Shown piece after piece: positions 1-14,100 of a stretch of DNA of 64,000 nt (the stretch's first letter is position 1; the number at the start of each line of letters is the position of its first letter). Source of the DNA: the human T2T-CHM13v2.0 reference genome, Homo sapiens; the NCBI RefSeq assembly GCF_009914755.1, contig NC_060948.1; one strand, 5' to 3'. The notes under the pieces are model-generated. The model saw only the letters and a program-made list of their open reading frames with translations. It was not told the origin of the DNA and searched no databases. A program made the position numbers and the translations under genes.

Positions 1-3000
1 AAGAGACAAATGGAATGGAAACGAATTCAATGGAATTGAAAAGAATAGGATGGAATGGCGTGTAATGGTAAGATACTAAATGGAATGGAATTGAATGGAA
101 TGTAATGGACCCAAATTTAATGCACTCGAAAGGAATATACTCAAATAGAATGGAATCGAAAGGAAAGGTCTCAAATGGAATTTATTCAATACAATGGAAT
201 CGAATGGAATGCAATAGAATGGAATGGAATCGAATATAATGGAATCAAATAGAATGGACCAGAATGGAATGGACTGCCATAGAACGGACTGCAGTGTAAT
301 GGATTGAATTCTAAATCATTCAAATGGAATGGAATTGAATGGAATGGAATCCAATGGAATGGATAGGATTGTACTGGAATGGAATAGCATGGAATGCAAC
401 GGAGTGGAATGGAGTTGAATGAAGTGGCATGGAATCGATTGGAATGGAATCAAATGGAATGGACGGGAATGGAATGGACTGGAAGAGAACAGACTGGAAT
501 TTAATGGATTGCACTGTAATTGATTCAAATGGAATGGAATCGAATGGAATGTAATAAAATTGAAGGGATTTGAGTTCAATGCAATGGAATAGAATGGAAT
601 GCAAAGGAAAGGAAAGGTACGGAGTGAAATCGAGTGTAATGGAATCGAATGGAATGAAATGGAATGGAATGGACACAAAAGAAATGGACGAGGGACAAAA
701 CGGAATCGAACTGATTGGAATCGAACGGAACGGAATGGAATGGAATGGTCTCCATTGGATCAGAGTAGAACGGACTGGAATGGAATGGAATGAAATGGAA
801 TGGAAAGGAATAGAATGGAATGGAATGGAATGGAATGGAATGGAATGGAAGGTAATGGAAAGATATTGAACCGATTGGAAAGGAATGGAATGGACTCTAA
901 TGGAATGGAATGGAATTCAACAGAAACGAATGGAATGGACTGGAGTGAAATGGAGTCGAATGTAATTGACTGGAGTGGAATGGACTCGAAAGGAATGGAC
1001 TCGAATAGAATGGACTGGAATGGATTGTACTCGATGGAGTGAAAAGGAATAAAATGGATTCCACCAGATTGGAATGGAACAGAATGTAATGGAATGGAAT
1101 GGAATGCAATGGAATAGCTCCAATGGAATGGAGTCGAATGTAATGGAACAGAAAGGAAAGGAAGTGAATGGAATTGAAAGGAATAGAACAAAATGGAGTG
1201 CAAAGGAAAGATATCGAATGGAATGGATCGAAAAGAAATCGAATGGAATGGACAGGAATGGAATGGAATAGAATGGAATAGACTGGCGTGCAATGAAAAC
1301 GAATGGAATGGAAACGAATGGAATGCAATGGAAAGGAATGGAGTAGAATAAATACTATGGAATGGAATGGAGGCGAAAGGAAAAGAATGGATTGGAATGT
1401 CACCGAATGGAAAGATATGGAATGGAAAGGAATGGATACGAATGGAATGGAATAGAAAGGAACGGAAAGGTAAAGAATGGAATGGAATCAGATAGAATGG
1501 AATGCAATGTAATGGAGTCGAATGGAAAATAATCGTGTAGAATGATATCGAATGGAATGGAATTGAATGGAATGGAATGGAATGGACTCGAATGGAATGT
1601 ACTCAAATGGATTAGAATAGAATGGAATGGAACTAAACGTAATGAACTCGAATGGAATGGACACAAATAGAATGGAAGAGAAAGGAATGGTATTGAATGG
1701 AATTTATTCGAATAGAGTGGAATTCAATGGAATGCAACAGTGTGGCATGGAATCAAATGGAATGGAATCGAATGGAATGGACCCGAGTGGAATGGACTCA
1801 CATAGAACAGCCTCGAATGTAATGGATGACAATGTATTAGATTCGAAAGGACTGAAATCGAATGGAATGTAATCAAGTAGAACGGAATTGAATGCATGGA
1901 ATGGCATAGAAAGTAACGCAATGGAATGGAATAGACTGGAATGGAATGGAATCGGATGGAATGTAATGAAATGTAATGGAAGGAATGCCATGGAATGGAA
2001 TGGAATGGAATGCAATGGGACGGTGTATAATGGAGTGCAATGGATTTCAGTGGAATGTAGTCAAAAGGAAAGAAATAGAATGGAATTCAATATAATGGAA
2101 TGGCATCCAATGGCAAGGAATGGAGCGGACTCCAATGGAAACGACATGAAAGGAATATAATATAATGGAATGGCATTGAACGAAATGGAATGCAATGGAG
2201 TTAAAAGGTAAAATATCGAATGGAAAAGAATTGAATGGACTCGAAAGGAATATAATGGAATGGAATGGACTCGAATGGAATGTACTAGAGTTGAATGGAA
2301 TCGAATGGAATGGAAAACAATGGAAAGGAAAGGAAGGGAATTGAAAGGAAAGGAATAGAATGGAATGGAATCGGATGGAACGGAATTGAATGGAATGGAA
2401 ACTAAAGGAATAGAATAGAAAGGAATCGCATTGAATGGAATGGAATGGAATGGAATCAGATGGAACGGAAAGGAATGGAATAGAATCGAATGGAATGGCA
2501 TCGAATGGATGGAATGGAATGTAATGGAATGGAATAGAAAGGAATGGAATGGACTCGAATGGAATGTACTCAAATGGAATAGAGTAGAATGGAATGGAAG
2601 TAAATATAATGGACTCGAATGGAATGCATTGGAATAAATTGGAATTGAGTGTATTGGATTCGAATGGAAAGGAATGGAATGGAATGGAATGGAAAGGAAT
2701 GGAATGGAATGGATTCGAATGGAATGGAATCGAATGGAATGGAACGAATTGGAATGTAATTGAATGGAATCAAAAACAGTAGAAAGAAATAAAGTTTCAT
2801 CGAATGATATCGAATGGAATTGAATGGAATGTACGCGAATGGAATGGATTGGAATGGAATGGAGTGACATGTAACGGAATCGAAAGGAATGGAATCCAAT
2901 GAAATGGAATTGAATGGAATAGAAATGAATAGAATGGAATGGAGATTAATGGAAAGATATTAAAATAATGGAATGGAATTGAGTGGACACGAATGGAATG

Positions 3001-5553
3001 GACTGGAATGGAAAGGACTCGAATGAAATGGAGCGCATTAGAATGGACTCGAATGGAATGGATTGGAGTGGAATGGTCTCGAATGGATTTGAAAGGAATG
3101 GAATGGAAAGGAATAGAATGGAATGTAATCAAATGGAACGAAATGGAATGGAATGGATTCGACTGGAGCAGAATTGAATGGAGTGGAATTGAATGGAATG
3201 GAATGCAATCGAATGGAATGGACACGAATCGAATAGAATGAAATGAAATGGCATAGAATGGAATGGAATGGAATGGAATGGAATGGAATGGAATGGAATG
3301 GCATGGAATGGAATGACATGGCATGGAATGGAATAGAATGAAATGGATTGGAATGTGATGGGCCCAAAAGTAATAGACTCAAATAAAAGGGACTCAAATA
3401 GAATGAACTGGAAAGAAACGGTCTCGAATGTAATTTATTCGAATAGAATGATATTGAATGGAATGCAACAGTATGGAATGGTATCGAATAGAATGGAATA
3501 GAATGGAATGGAATGGAACGGAATGGAGTGCAATTGAACGGACTCAAATGCAATAAATTGCAATATAATTCATTCAAATAGAACGGAATCGAATAGAATG
3601 TAAACAAATGGAATGGAAGGCAATGCAATGGAAAGGAATCGAATGAAATGGAATAAATGGAATGGAATGGAATGGAAAGGACGCGAATATATTGGACTGT
3701 TAAGGAAAGGTGTCAAATCGACTTTATTCCAATAGAATGGAATCGAATGGAATGCAATACTATTGAATCGAATCGAATGGAATGGAATTGAATGGAATGG
3801 ACAGGAATGGAATGAATTGGAAGTGAATGGACAGGAACGTAATATATTGCAAAGTAATTTATTCAAATGGAATGGAATGCAATCGAATGGAATGGACTCG
3901 ATTGGAATGGACTGGAGTGGAATGGACTCAAATGGAATGGCAAGGAATGTAATGGAATGGAATGGAAAACAAAGGAATCTACTGGAATAGAATCGAACGG
4001 AACAGAAAGGAATGGAATGGAATGGAGTGGAATGGACTCGAATGGAATGTATTCGAATGTAATGGACCTAAAAAGGAATGGAATCCAATGGAATGGAATT
4101 GAATGGAATCAAAAGGAATAGAAAGGAATAGAGTGTAATTGAATATCGAAAGGAAGGGAATGGAATGAACTCGAATGGAATGCGCTGGAATGGAATGGAC
4201 TCGATCAGAACGGACTGGATAGGAATGTCCACAAATGGAATGAAAACGAATGGAATGGAATGAAATGGAATTGAAAGGAACGGAATCAAATGGAATGGAA
4301 TGGAATGGAATGGATTGGAATAGAATGGATACAAATAAAATAGAATCGATGGGAATGGTATTGAATGAAAGGGACTTGAATGGAATGGAAAGCAATGGAA
4401 GATATTGGAATCGAATGGCATCCAATGAAATGGAATGGAACGGAATCGAATGGAATGGAATGGACTCAAATGTAATGGACACCAATGGATTCGACTGAAA
4501 TATAATAGTGTCGAAAGGAATGGCCTCGAGCGGAATTTATTTGAATAGAATGGAATAAAATGGAATACAATACCATTGAATGGAATCGAATGGAATGGAA
4601 TCGAATGGAATGTAATCAAATGGAATGGAACGGAATTCAATACAATGGAGTAGAATGGAATGCATTGGAAAGGAGCAGAGTGGAATCAAGTGGAATGGAA
4701 TCGAGTGGAATGGAATCAATGGGAACAAAATCAAATTGAATGGACTTGAATGGAATTGACTCGAAAGGAATGGTCTGGAAAAAAAAGGAATCAAATGGAC
4801 AGGAATGGGATGGAATGGACATGAATGGAATGGAGTAAAATGCAAACGCATCGAATGGAATGGATTGAAATGGAATGCAATGGAATGGAACAGAAAGGAA
4901 GAGAATGGAATTGAGAGTAATGGAAAGATATCGATTGGAATGAAATGGAATGGAAAGGAATTGAATGGAAAGGAATGGAGTGGAAAGAAATGGATTGGAA
5001 TGGAATGGTCTCCAATGGAATGGACTGGAGTGGAATGGAAACGAATGGAATGAAAAGAATGGAACGGAATGGAACGGAAAGGAATAGAATGTTATGGAAT
5101 CCGATTGGACAGAATGGAATGGAATGGAGTTTCATGAAATGGAGTCGAATAGAGTGGCATCAAAAGGAATGGAATGGAATGGAGTGGACTCAAAAGGAAT
5201 GGACTCGAAAGGAATGGAGTCCAACAAAACTGATTCAAATGGATTGAAGTCGAACAGAATGGAATGGAATGGAATGGAATGAACTCGACTGGAGTAGAGA
5301 GGAATGTAAAGGAATAGAATGGAATGTAATCAAATGGATTGCAAGTGAATGGAATCAAAAATAATAGAAAGGAATGGAGTGTAAAGGGATGATATTGAAT
5401 ATAATGGAATGGAATGGAATTTAATGGAATGGAGACGAAGGAATGGACAGGAATGTAATGGACTCCAATGGAATGGAATGGATCAAAATGGATTTGAACA
5501 GATTGGAATCGAACGGAATGGAATGCAATGGAATGGAATGGACTCGAATGGAG
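1..5553 (+). repeat. Higher-order unit 1 (5553 bp); unpaired variant
   Basis: Landmark AAGAGACAAATGG at 1 recurs at 5554; ORF-track anchors 316 and 5869 give the same period. Private alleles include a 1-bp deletion near 1034 and an A8 run at 4779-4786. Confidence 0.93.
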
Positions 5554-8500
5554 AAGAGACAAATGGAATGGAAACGAATTCAATGGAATTGAAAAGAATA
5601 GGATGGAATGGCGTGTAATGGTAAGATACTAAGTGGAATGGAATTGAATGGAATGTAATGGACCCAAATGTAATGCACTCGAAAGGAATATACTCAAATA
5701 GAATGGAATCGAAAGGAAAGGTCTCAAATGGAATTTATTCAATACAATGGAATCGAATGGAATGCAATAGAATGGAATGGAATCGAATGTAATGGAATCA
5801 AATAGAATGGACCAGAATGGAATGGACTGCCATAGAACGGACTGCAGTGTAATGGATTGAATTCTAATTCATTCAAATGGAATGGAATTGAATGGAATGG
5901 AATCCAATGGAATGGATAGGATTGTACTGGAATGGAATAGCATGGAATGCAACGGAGTGGAATGGAGTTGAATGAAGTGGAATGGAATCGATTGGAATGG
6001 AATCAAATGGAATGGACGGGAATGGAATGGACTGGAAGAGAACAGACTGGAATTTAATGGATTGCACTGTAATTGATTCAAATGGAATGGAATCGAATGG
6101 AATGTAATAAAATTGAAGGGATTTGAGTTCAATGCAATGGAATAGAATGGAATGCAAAGGAAAGGAAAGGTACGGAGTGAAATCGAGTGTAATGGAATCG
6201 AATGGAATGAAATGGAATGGAATGGACTCAAAAGAAATGGACGAGGGACAAAACGGAATCGAACTGATTGGAATCGAACGGAACGGAATGGAATGGAATG
6301 GTCTCCATTGGATCGGAGTAGAACGGACTGGAATGGAATGGAATGAAATGGAATGGAAAGGAATAGAATGGAATGGAATGGAATGGAATGGAATGGAAGG
6401 TAATGGAAAGATATCGAACGGATTGGAAAGGAATGGAATGCACCCTAATGGAATGGAATGGAATTCAACAGAAACGAATGGAATGGACTGGAGTGAAATG
6501 GAGTCGAATGTAATTGACTGGAGTGGAATGGACTCGAAAGGAATGGACTCGAATAGAATGGACTGGAATGGATTGTACTCGAATGGAGTGGAATGGAATA
6601 AAATGGATTCCACCAGATTGGAATGGAACAGAATGTAATGGAATGGAATGGAATGCAACGGAATAGCTCCAATGGAATGGAGTCGAATGCAATGGAACAG
6701 AAAGGAAAGGAATTGAATGGAATTGAAAGGAATAGAACAAAATGGAGTGCAAAGGAAAGATATCGAATGGAATGGATCGAAAAGAAATCGAATGGAATGG
6801 ACAGGAATGGAATGGAATAGAATGGAATAGACTGGCGTGCAATGAAAACGAATGGAATGGAAACGAATGGAATGCAATGGAAAGGAATGGAGTAGAATAA
6901 ATACTATGGAATGGAATGGAGGCGAAAGGAAAAGAATGGATTGGAATGTCACCGAATGGAAAGATATGGAATGGAAAGGAATGGATACGAATGGAATGGA
7001 ATAGAAAGGAACGGAAAGGTAAAGAATGGAATGGAATCGGATAGAATGGAATGCAATGTAATGGAGTCGAATGGAAAATAATCGTGTAGAATGATATCGA
7101 ATGGAATGGAATTGAATGGAATGGAATGGAATGGACTCGAATGGAATGTACTCAAATGGATTAGAATAGAATGGAATGGAATTAAACGTAATGAACTCGA
7201 ATGGAATGGACACAATTAGAATGGAAGAGAAAGGAATGGTATTGAATGGAATTTATTCGAATAGAGTGGAATTGAATGGAATGCAACAGTGTGGCATGGA
7301 ATCAAATGGAATGGAATCGAATGGAATGGACCCGAGTGGAATGGACTCACATAGAACAGCCTCGAATGTAATGGATGACAATGTATTAGATTCGAAAGGA
7401 CTGAAATCGAATGGAATGTAATCAAGTAGAACGGAATTGAATGCATGGAATGGCATGGAAAGTAACGCAATGGAATGGAATAGACTGGAATGGAATGGAA
7501 TCGGATGGAATGTAATGAAATGTAATGGAAGGAATGCCATGGAATGGAATGGAATGGAATGCAATGGGACGGTGTATAATGGAGTGCAATGGATTTCAGT
7601 GGAATGTAGTCAAAAGGAAAGAAATAGAATGGAATTCAATATAATGGAATGGCATCCAATGGCAAGGAATGGAGCGGACTCCAATGGAAACGACATGAAA
7701 GGAATATAATATAATGGAATGGCATTGAACGAAATGGAACGCAATGGAGTTAAAAGGTAAAATATCGAATGGAAAAGAATTGAATGGACTCGAAAGGAAT
7801 ATAATGGAATGGAATGGACTCGAATGGAATGTACTAGAGTTGAATGGAATCGAATGGAATGGAAAACAATGGAAAGGAAAGGAAAGGAATTGAAAGGAAA
7901 GGAATAGAATGGAATGGAATCGGATGGAACGGAATTGAATGGAATGGAAACTACAGGAATAGAATAGAAAGGAATCGCATTGAATGGAATGGAATGGAAT
8001 GGAATCAGATGGAACAGAAAGGAATGGAATAGAATCGAATGGAATGGCATCGAATGGATGGAATGGAATGGAATGGAATGGAATAGAAAGGAATGGAATG
8101 GACTCGAATGGAATGTACTCAAATGGAATAGAATAGAATGGAATGGAAGTAAATATAATGGACTCGAATGGAATGCATTGGAATAAATTGGAATTGAGTG
8201 TATTGGATTCGAATGGAAAGGAATGGAATGGAATGGAATGGAATGGAATGGAATGGAATGGATTCGAATGGAATGGAATCGAATGGAATGGAACGAATTG
8301 GAATGTAATTGAATGGAGTCAAAAACAGTAGAAAAAAATAAAGTTTCATCGAATGATATCGAATGGAATTGAATAGAATGTACGCGAATGGAATGGACTG
8401 GAATGGAATGGAGTGACATGTAACGGAATCGAAAGGAATGGAATCCAATGAAATGGAATTGAATGGAATAGAAATGAATAGAATGGAATGGAGATTAATG

Positions 8501-11118
8501 GAAAGATATTAAAATAATGGAATGGAATTGAGTGGACACGAATGGAATGGACTGGAATGGAAAGGACTCGAATGAAATGGAGCGCATTAGCATGGACTCG
8601 AATGGAATGGATTGGAGTGGAATGGTCTCGAATGGATTGGAATGGAATGGAATGGAAAGGAATAGAATGGAATGTAATCAAATGGAACGAAATGGAATGG
8701 AATGGATTCGACTGGAGCAGAATTGAATGGAGTGCAATTGAATGGAATGGAATGCAATCGAATGGAATGGACACGAATCGAATAGAATGAAATGAAATGG
8801 CATAGAATGGAATGGAATGGAATGGAATGGAATGGAATGGAATGGAATGGCATGGAATGGAATGACATGGCATGGCATGGCATGGAATGGAATGGAATGA
8901 AATGGATTGCAATGAGATGGGCCCAAAAGTAATAGACTCAAATAAAAAGGACTCAAATAGAATGAACTGGAAAGAAACGGTCTCGAATGTAATTTATTCG
9001 AATAGAATGATATTGAATGGAATGCAACAGTATGGAATGTTATCGAATAGAATGGAATAGAATGGAAGGGAATGGAACGGAATGGAGTGCAATTGAACGG
9101 ACTCAAATGCAATAAATTGCAATATAATTGATTCAAATGGAATGGAATCGAATAGAATGTAAACAAATGGAATGGAAGGCAATGCAATGGAAAGGATTCG
9201 AATGAAATGGAATAAATGGAATGGAATGGAATGGAAAGGACGCGAATATATTGGACTGTTAAGGAAAGGTGTCAAATCGAATTTATTCCAATAGAATGGA
9301 ATCGAATGGAATGCAATACTATTGAATCGAATCGAATGGAATGGAATTGAATGGAATGGACAGGAATTGGAATGAACTGGAAGTGAATGGACAGGAACGT
9401 AATATATTGCAATGTAATTTATTCAAATGGAATGGAATGCAATCGAATGGAATGGACTCGATTGGAATGGACTGGATTGGAATGGACTCAAATGGAATGA
9501 CAACGAATGTAATGGAATGGAATGGAAAGCAAAGGAATCTACTGGAATAGAATCGAACGGAACAGAAAGGAATGGAATGGAACGGAGTGGAATGGACTCG
9601 AATGGAATGTATTCGAATGTAATGGACCTAAAAAGGAATGGAATCCAATGGAATGGAATTGAATGGAATCAAAAGGAATAGAAAGGAATAGAGTGTAATT
9701 GAATATCGAAAGGAAGGGAATGGAATGAACTCGAATGGAATGCACTGGAATGAAATGGACTCGATGAGAACGGACTGGAGAGGAATGTACACAAAAGGAA
9801 TGGAAACGAATGGAATGGAATGAAATGGAATTGAAAGGAACGGAATCAAATGGAATGGAATGGAATGGAATGGATGGGAATAGGAGGGATTCAAATAAAA
9901 TAGAATCGATGGGAATGGTATTGAATGAAAGGGACTTGAATGGAATGCAAAGCAATGGAAGATATTGGAATCGAATGGCATCGAATGAAATGGAATGGAA
10001 CGGAATGGAACGGAACCGAATGGAATGGAATGGACTCAAATGTAATGGACACCAATGGAATCGACTGAAATATAATAGTGTCGAAAGGAATGGCCTCGAG
10101 TGGAATTTATTTGAATAGAATGGAATCAAATGGAATACAATACCATTGAATGGAATCGAATGGAATGGAATCGAATGGAATGTAATCAAATGGAATGGAA
10201 CGGAATTCAATATAAAGGAGTAGAATGGAATGCATTGGAAAGGAGCAGAGTGGAATCAAGTGGAATGGAATCGAGTGGAATGAAATCAATGGGAACAAAA
10301 TCGAATTGAATGGACTTGAATGGAATTGACTCGAAAGGAATGGACTGGAACAAAAAGGAATCAAATGGACAGGAATGGGATGGAATGGACCCGAATGGAA
10401 TGGAGTCAAATGCAAACGCATCGAATGGAATGGATTGAAATGGAATGCAATGGAATGGAACAGAAAGGAAGAGAATGGAATTGAGAGTAATGGAAAGATA
10501 TCGATTGGAATGAAATGGAATGGAAAGGAATTGAATGGAAAGGAATGGAGTGGAAAGAAATGGATTGGAATGGAATGGTCTCCAATGGAATGGACTGGAG
10601 TGGAATGGAATCGAATGGAATGAAAAGAATGGAACGGAATGGAACGGAAAGGAATAGAATGTTATGGAATCCGATTGGACAGAATGGAATGGAATGGAGT
10701 TTCATGAAATGGAGTCGAATAGAGTGGCATCAAAAGGAATGGAATGGAATGGAGTGGACTCAAAAGGAATGGACTCGAAAGGAATGGAGTCGAACCAAAC
10801 TGATTCAAATGGATTGAAGTCGAACAGAATGGAATGGAATGGAATGAACTCGACTGGAGTAGAGAGGAATGTAAAGGAATAGAATGGAATGTAATCAAAT
10901 GGATTGCAAGTGAATGGAATCAAAAATAATAGAAAGGAATGGAGTGTAAAGGGATGATATTGAATATAATGGAATGGAATGGAATTTAATGGAATGGAGA
11001 CGAAGGAATGGACAGGAATGTAATGGACTCCAATGGAATGGAATGGATCAAAATGGATTTGAACAGATTGGAATCGAACGGAATGGAATGCAATGGAATG
11101 GAATGGACTCGAATGGAG
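5554..11118 (+). repeat. Higher-order unit 2 (5565 bp), type A
   Basis: Landmarks at 5554 and 11119. Diagnostic alleles GCACCCT (~6440), ACTACAGG (~7950), CATTAGCATGG (~8585) and GATGGGAATAGGAGGG (~9873). Confidence 0.93.
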
Positions 11119-14100
11119 AAGAGACAAATGGAATGGAAACGAATTCAATGGAATTGAAAAGAATAGGATGGAATGGCGTGTAATGGTAAGATACTAAGTG
11201 GAATGGAATTGAATGGAATGTAATGGACCCAAATGTAATGCACTCGAAAGGAATATACTCAAATAGAATGGAATCGAAAGGAAAGGTCTCAAATGGAATT
11301 TATTCAATACAATGGAATCGAATGGAATGCAATAGAATGGAATGGAATCGAATGTAATGGAATCAAATAGAATGGACCAGATTGGAATTGACTGCCATAG
11401 AACGGACTGCAGTGTAATGGATTGAATTCTAAATCATTCAAATGGAATGGAATTGAATGGAATGGAATCCAATGGAATGGATAGGATTGTACTGGAATGG
11501 AATAGCATGGAATGCAACGGAGTGGAATGGAGTTGAATGAAGTGGAATGGAATCGATTGGAATGGAATCAAATGGAATGGACGGGAATGGAAGGGACTGG
11601 AAGAGAACAGACTCGAATTTAATGGATTGCACTGTAATTGATTCAAATGGAATGGAATCGAATGGAATGTAATAAAATTGAAGGGATTTGAGTTCAATGC
11701 AATGGAGTAGAATGGAATGCAAAGGAAAGGAAAGGAACGGAGTGAAATCGAGTGTAATGGAATCGAATGGAATGAAATGGAATGGAATGGACTCAAAAGA
11801 AATGGACGAGGGACAAAACGGAATCGAACTGATTGGAATCGAACGGAACGGAATGGAATGGAATGGTCTCCATTGGATCGGAGTAGAACGGACTGGAATG
11901 GAATGGAATGAAATGGAATGGAAAGGAATAGAATGGAATGGAATGGAATGGAATGGAATGGAAGGTAATTGAAAGATATCGAACGGATTGGAAAGGAATG
12001 GAATGGACCCTAATGGAATGGAATGGAATTCAACAGAAACGAATGGAATGGACTGGAGTGAAATGGAGTCGAATGTAATTGACTGGAGTGGAATGGACTC
12101 GAAAGGAATGGACTCGAATAGAATGGACTGGAATGGATTGTACTCGAATGGAGTGGAAAGGAATAAAATGGATTCCACCAGATTGGAATGGAACAGAATG
12201 TAATGGAATGGAATGGAATGCAATGGAATAGCTCCAATGGAATGGAGTCGAATGCAATGGAACAGAAAGGAAAGGAATTGAATGGAATTGAAAGGAATAG
12301 AACAAAATGGAGTGCAAAGGAAAGATATCGAATGGAATGGATCGAAAAGAAATCGAATGGAATGGACAGGAATGGAATGGAATAGAATGGAATAGACTGG
12401 CGTGCAATCAAAACGAATGGAATGGAAACGAATGGAATACAATGGAAAGGAATGGAGTAGAATAAATACTATGGAATGGAATGGAGGCGAAAGGAAAAGA
12501 ATGGATTGGAATGTCGCCGAATGGAAAGCTATGGAATGGAAAGGAATGGATACGAATGGAATGGAATAGAAAGGAACGGAAAGGTAAAGAATGGAATGGA
12601 ATCGGATAGAATGGAATGCAATGTAATGGAGTCGAATGGAAAATAATCGAGTAGAATGATATCGAACGGACTGGAATTTAATAGAATGGAATGGAATGGA
12701 ATGGACTCGAATGGAATGTACTCAAATGGATTAGAATAGAATGGAGTGGAACTAAACGTAATGAACTCGAATGGAATGGACACAAATAGAATGGAAGAGA
12801 AAGGAATGGTATTGAATGGAATTTATTCGAATAGAGTGGAATTCAATGGAATGCAACAGTGTGGCATGGAATCAAATGGAATGGAATCGAATGGAATGGA
12901 CCCGAGTGGAATGGACTCACATAGAACAGCCTCGAATGTAATGGATGACAATGTATTAGATTCGAAAGGACTGAAATCAAATGGAATGTAATCAAGTAGA
13001 ACGGAATTGAATGCATGGAATGGCATAGAAAGTAACGCAATGGAATGGAATAGACTGGAATGGAATGGAATCGGATGGAATGTAATGAAATGTAATGGAA
13101 GGAATGCCATGGAATGGAATGGAATGGAATGCAATGGGACGGTGTATAATGGAGTGCAATGGATTTCAGTGGAATGTAGTCAAAAGGAAAGAAATAGAAT
13201 GGAATTCAATATAATGGAATGGCATCCAATGGCAAGGAATGGAGCGGACTCCAATGGAAACGACATGAAAGGAATATAATATAATGGAGTGGAATATAAT
13301 ATAATATAATATAATATAATATAATATAATATAATATAATGCAATGGAGTTAAAAGTTAAAATATCGAATGGAAAAGAATTGAATGGACTCGAAAGGAAT
13401 ATAATGGAATGGAATGGACTCGAATGGAATGTACTAGAGTTGAATGGAATCGAATGGAATGGAAAACAATGCAAGGGAAAGGAAAGGAATTGAAAGGAAA
13501 GGAATAGAATGGAATGGAATCGGATGGAACGGAATTGAATGGAATGGAAACTAAAGGAATAGAATAGAAAGGAATCGCATTGAATTGAATGGAATGGAAT
13601 GGAATCAGATGGAACAGAAAGGAATGGAATAGAATCGAATGGAATGGCATCGAATGGATGGAATGGAATGGAATGGAATGGAATAGAAAGGAATGGAATG
13701 GGCTCGAATGGAATGTACTCAAATGGAATAGAATAGAATGGAATGGAAGTAAATATAATGGACTCGAATGGAATGCATTGGAATAAATTGGAATTGAGTT
13801 TATTGGATTCGAATGGAAAGGAATGGAATGGAATGGAATGGAATGGAATGGATTCGAATGGAATGGAATCGAATGGAATGGAACGAATTGGAATGTAATT
13901 GAATGGAGTCAAAAACAGTAGAAAGAAAGAAAGTTTCATCGAATGATATCGAATGGAATTGAATGGAATGTACGCGAATGGAATGGAGTGACATGTAACG
14001 GAATCGAAAGGAATGGAATCCAATGAAATGGAATTGAATGGTATAGAAATGTATAGAATGGAATGGAGATTAATGGAAAGATATTAAAATAATGGAATGG

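Noticed and set aside
1-5553. 5.55-kb unit as a clean trimer of a ~1.8-kb repeat, or as 3.56-kb DYZ1
   Set aside because: Internal module spacings (1522, 1731, 289, 813, 1198 bp) are irregular, and unique landmarks occur once per 5.55 kb rather than every 1.8 or 3.56 kb.
6123-6638. Plus-strand WNGME-repeat ORFs resembling the pentapeptide-repeat product of the SCA31 (TGGAA)n expansion
   Set aside because: Any (TGGAA)n translates to this peptide. There is no promoter, splice or expression evidence, and no unique host-gene sequence flanks the array.
5873-7213. 446-449 aa minus-strand ORFs recurring in units 2, 4, 6-10 (poly-FHSIP-like)
   Set aside because: Pure (CATTC)n has no stop codon in any frame, so long ORFs are expected. 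The products are low-complexity, are frameshifted or truncated between units by pentamer indels, and recur only because the DNA unit does.
13296-13340. ATAAT run as a TATAAT promoter box, retrotransposon tail or HSat1 insertion
   Set aside because: The run is in pentamer register beside a two-copy ATAAT seed. There is no target-site duplication, Alu/L1 body or other promoter context.
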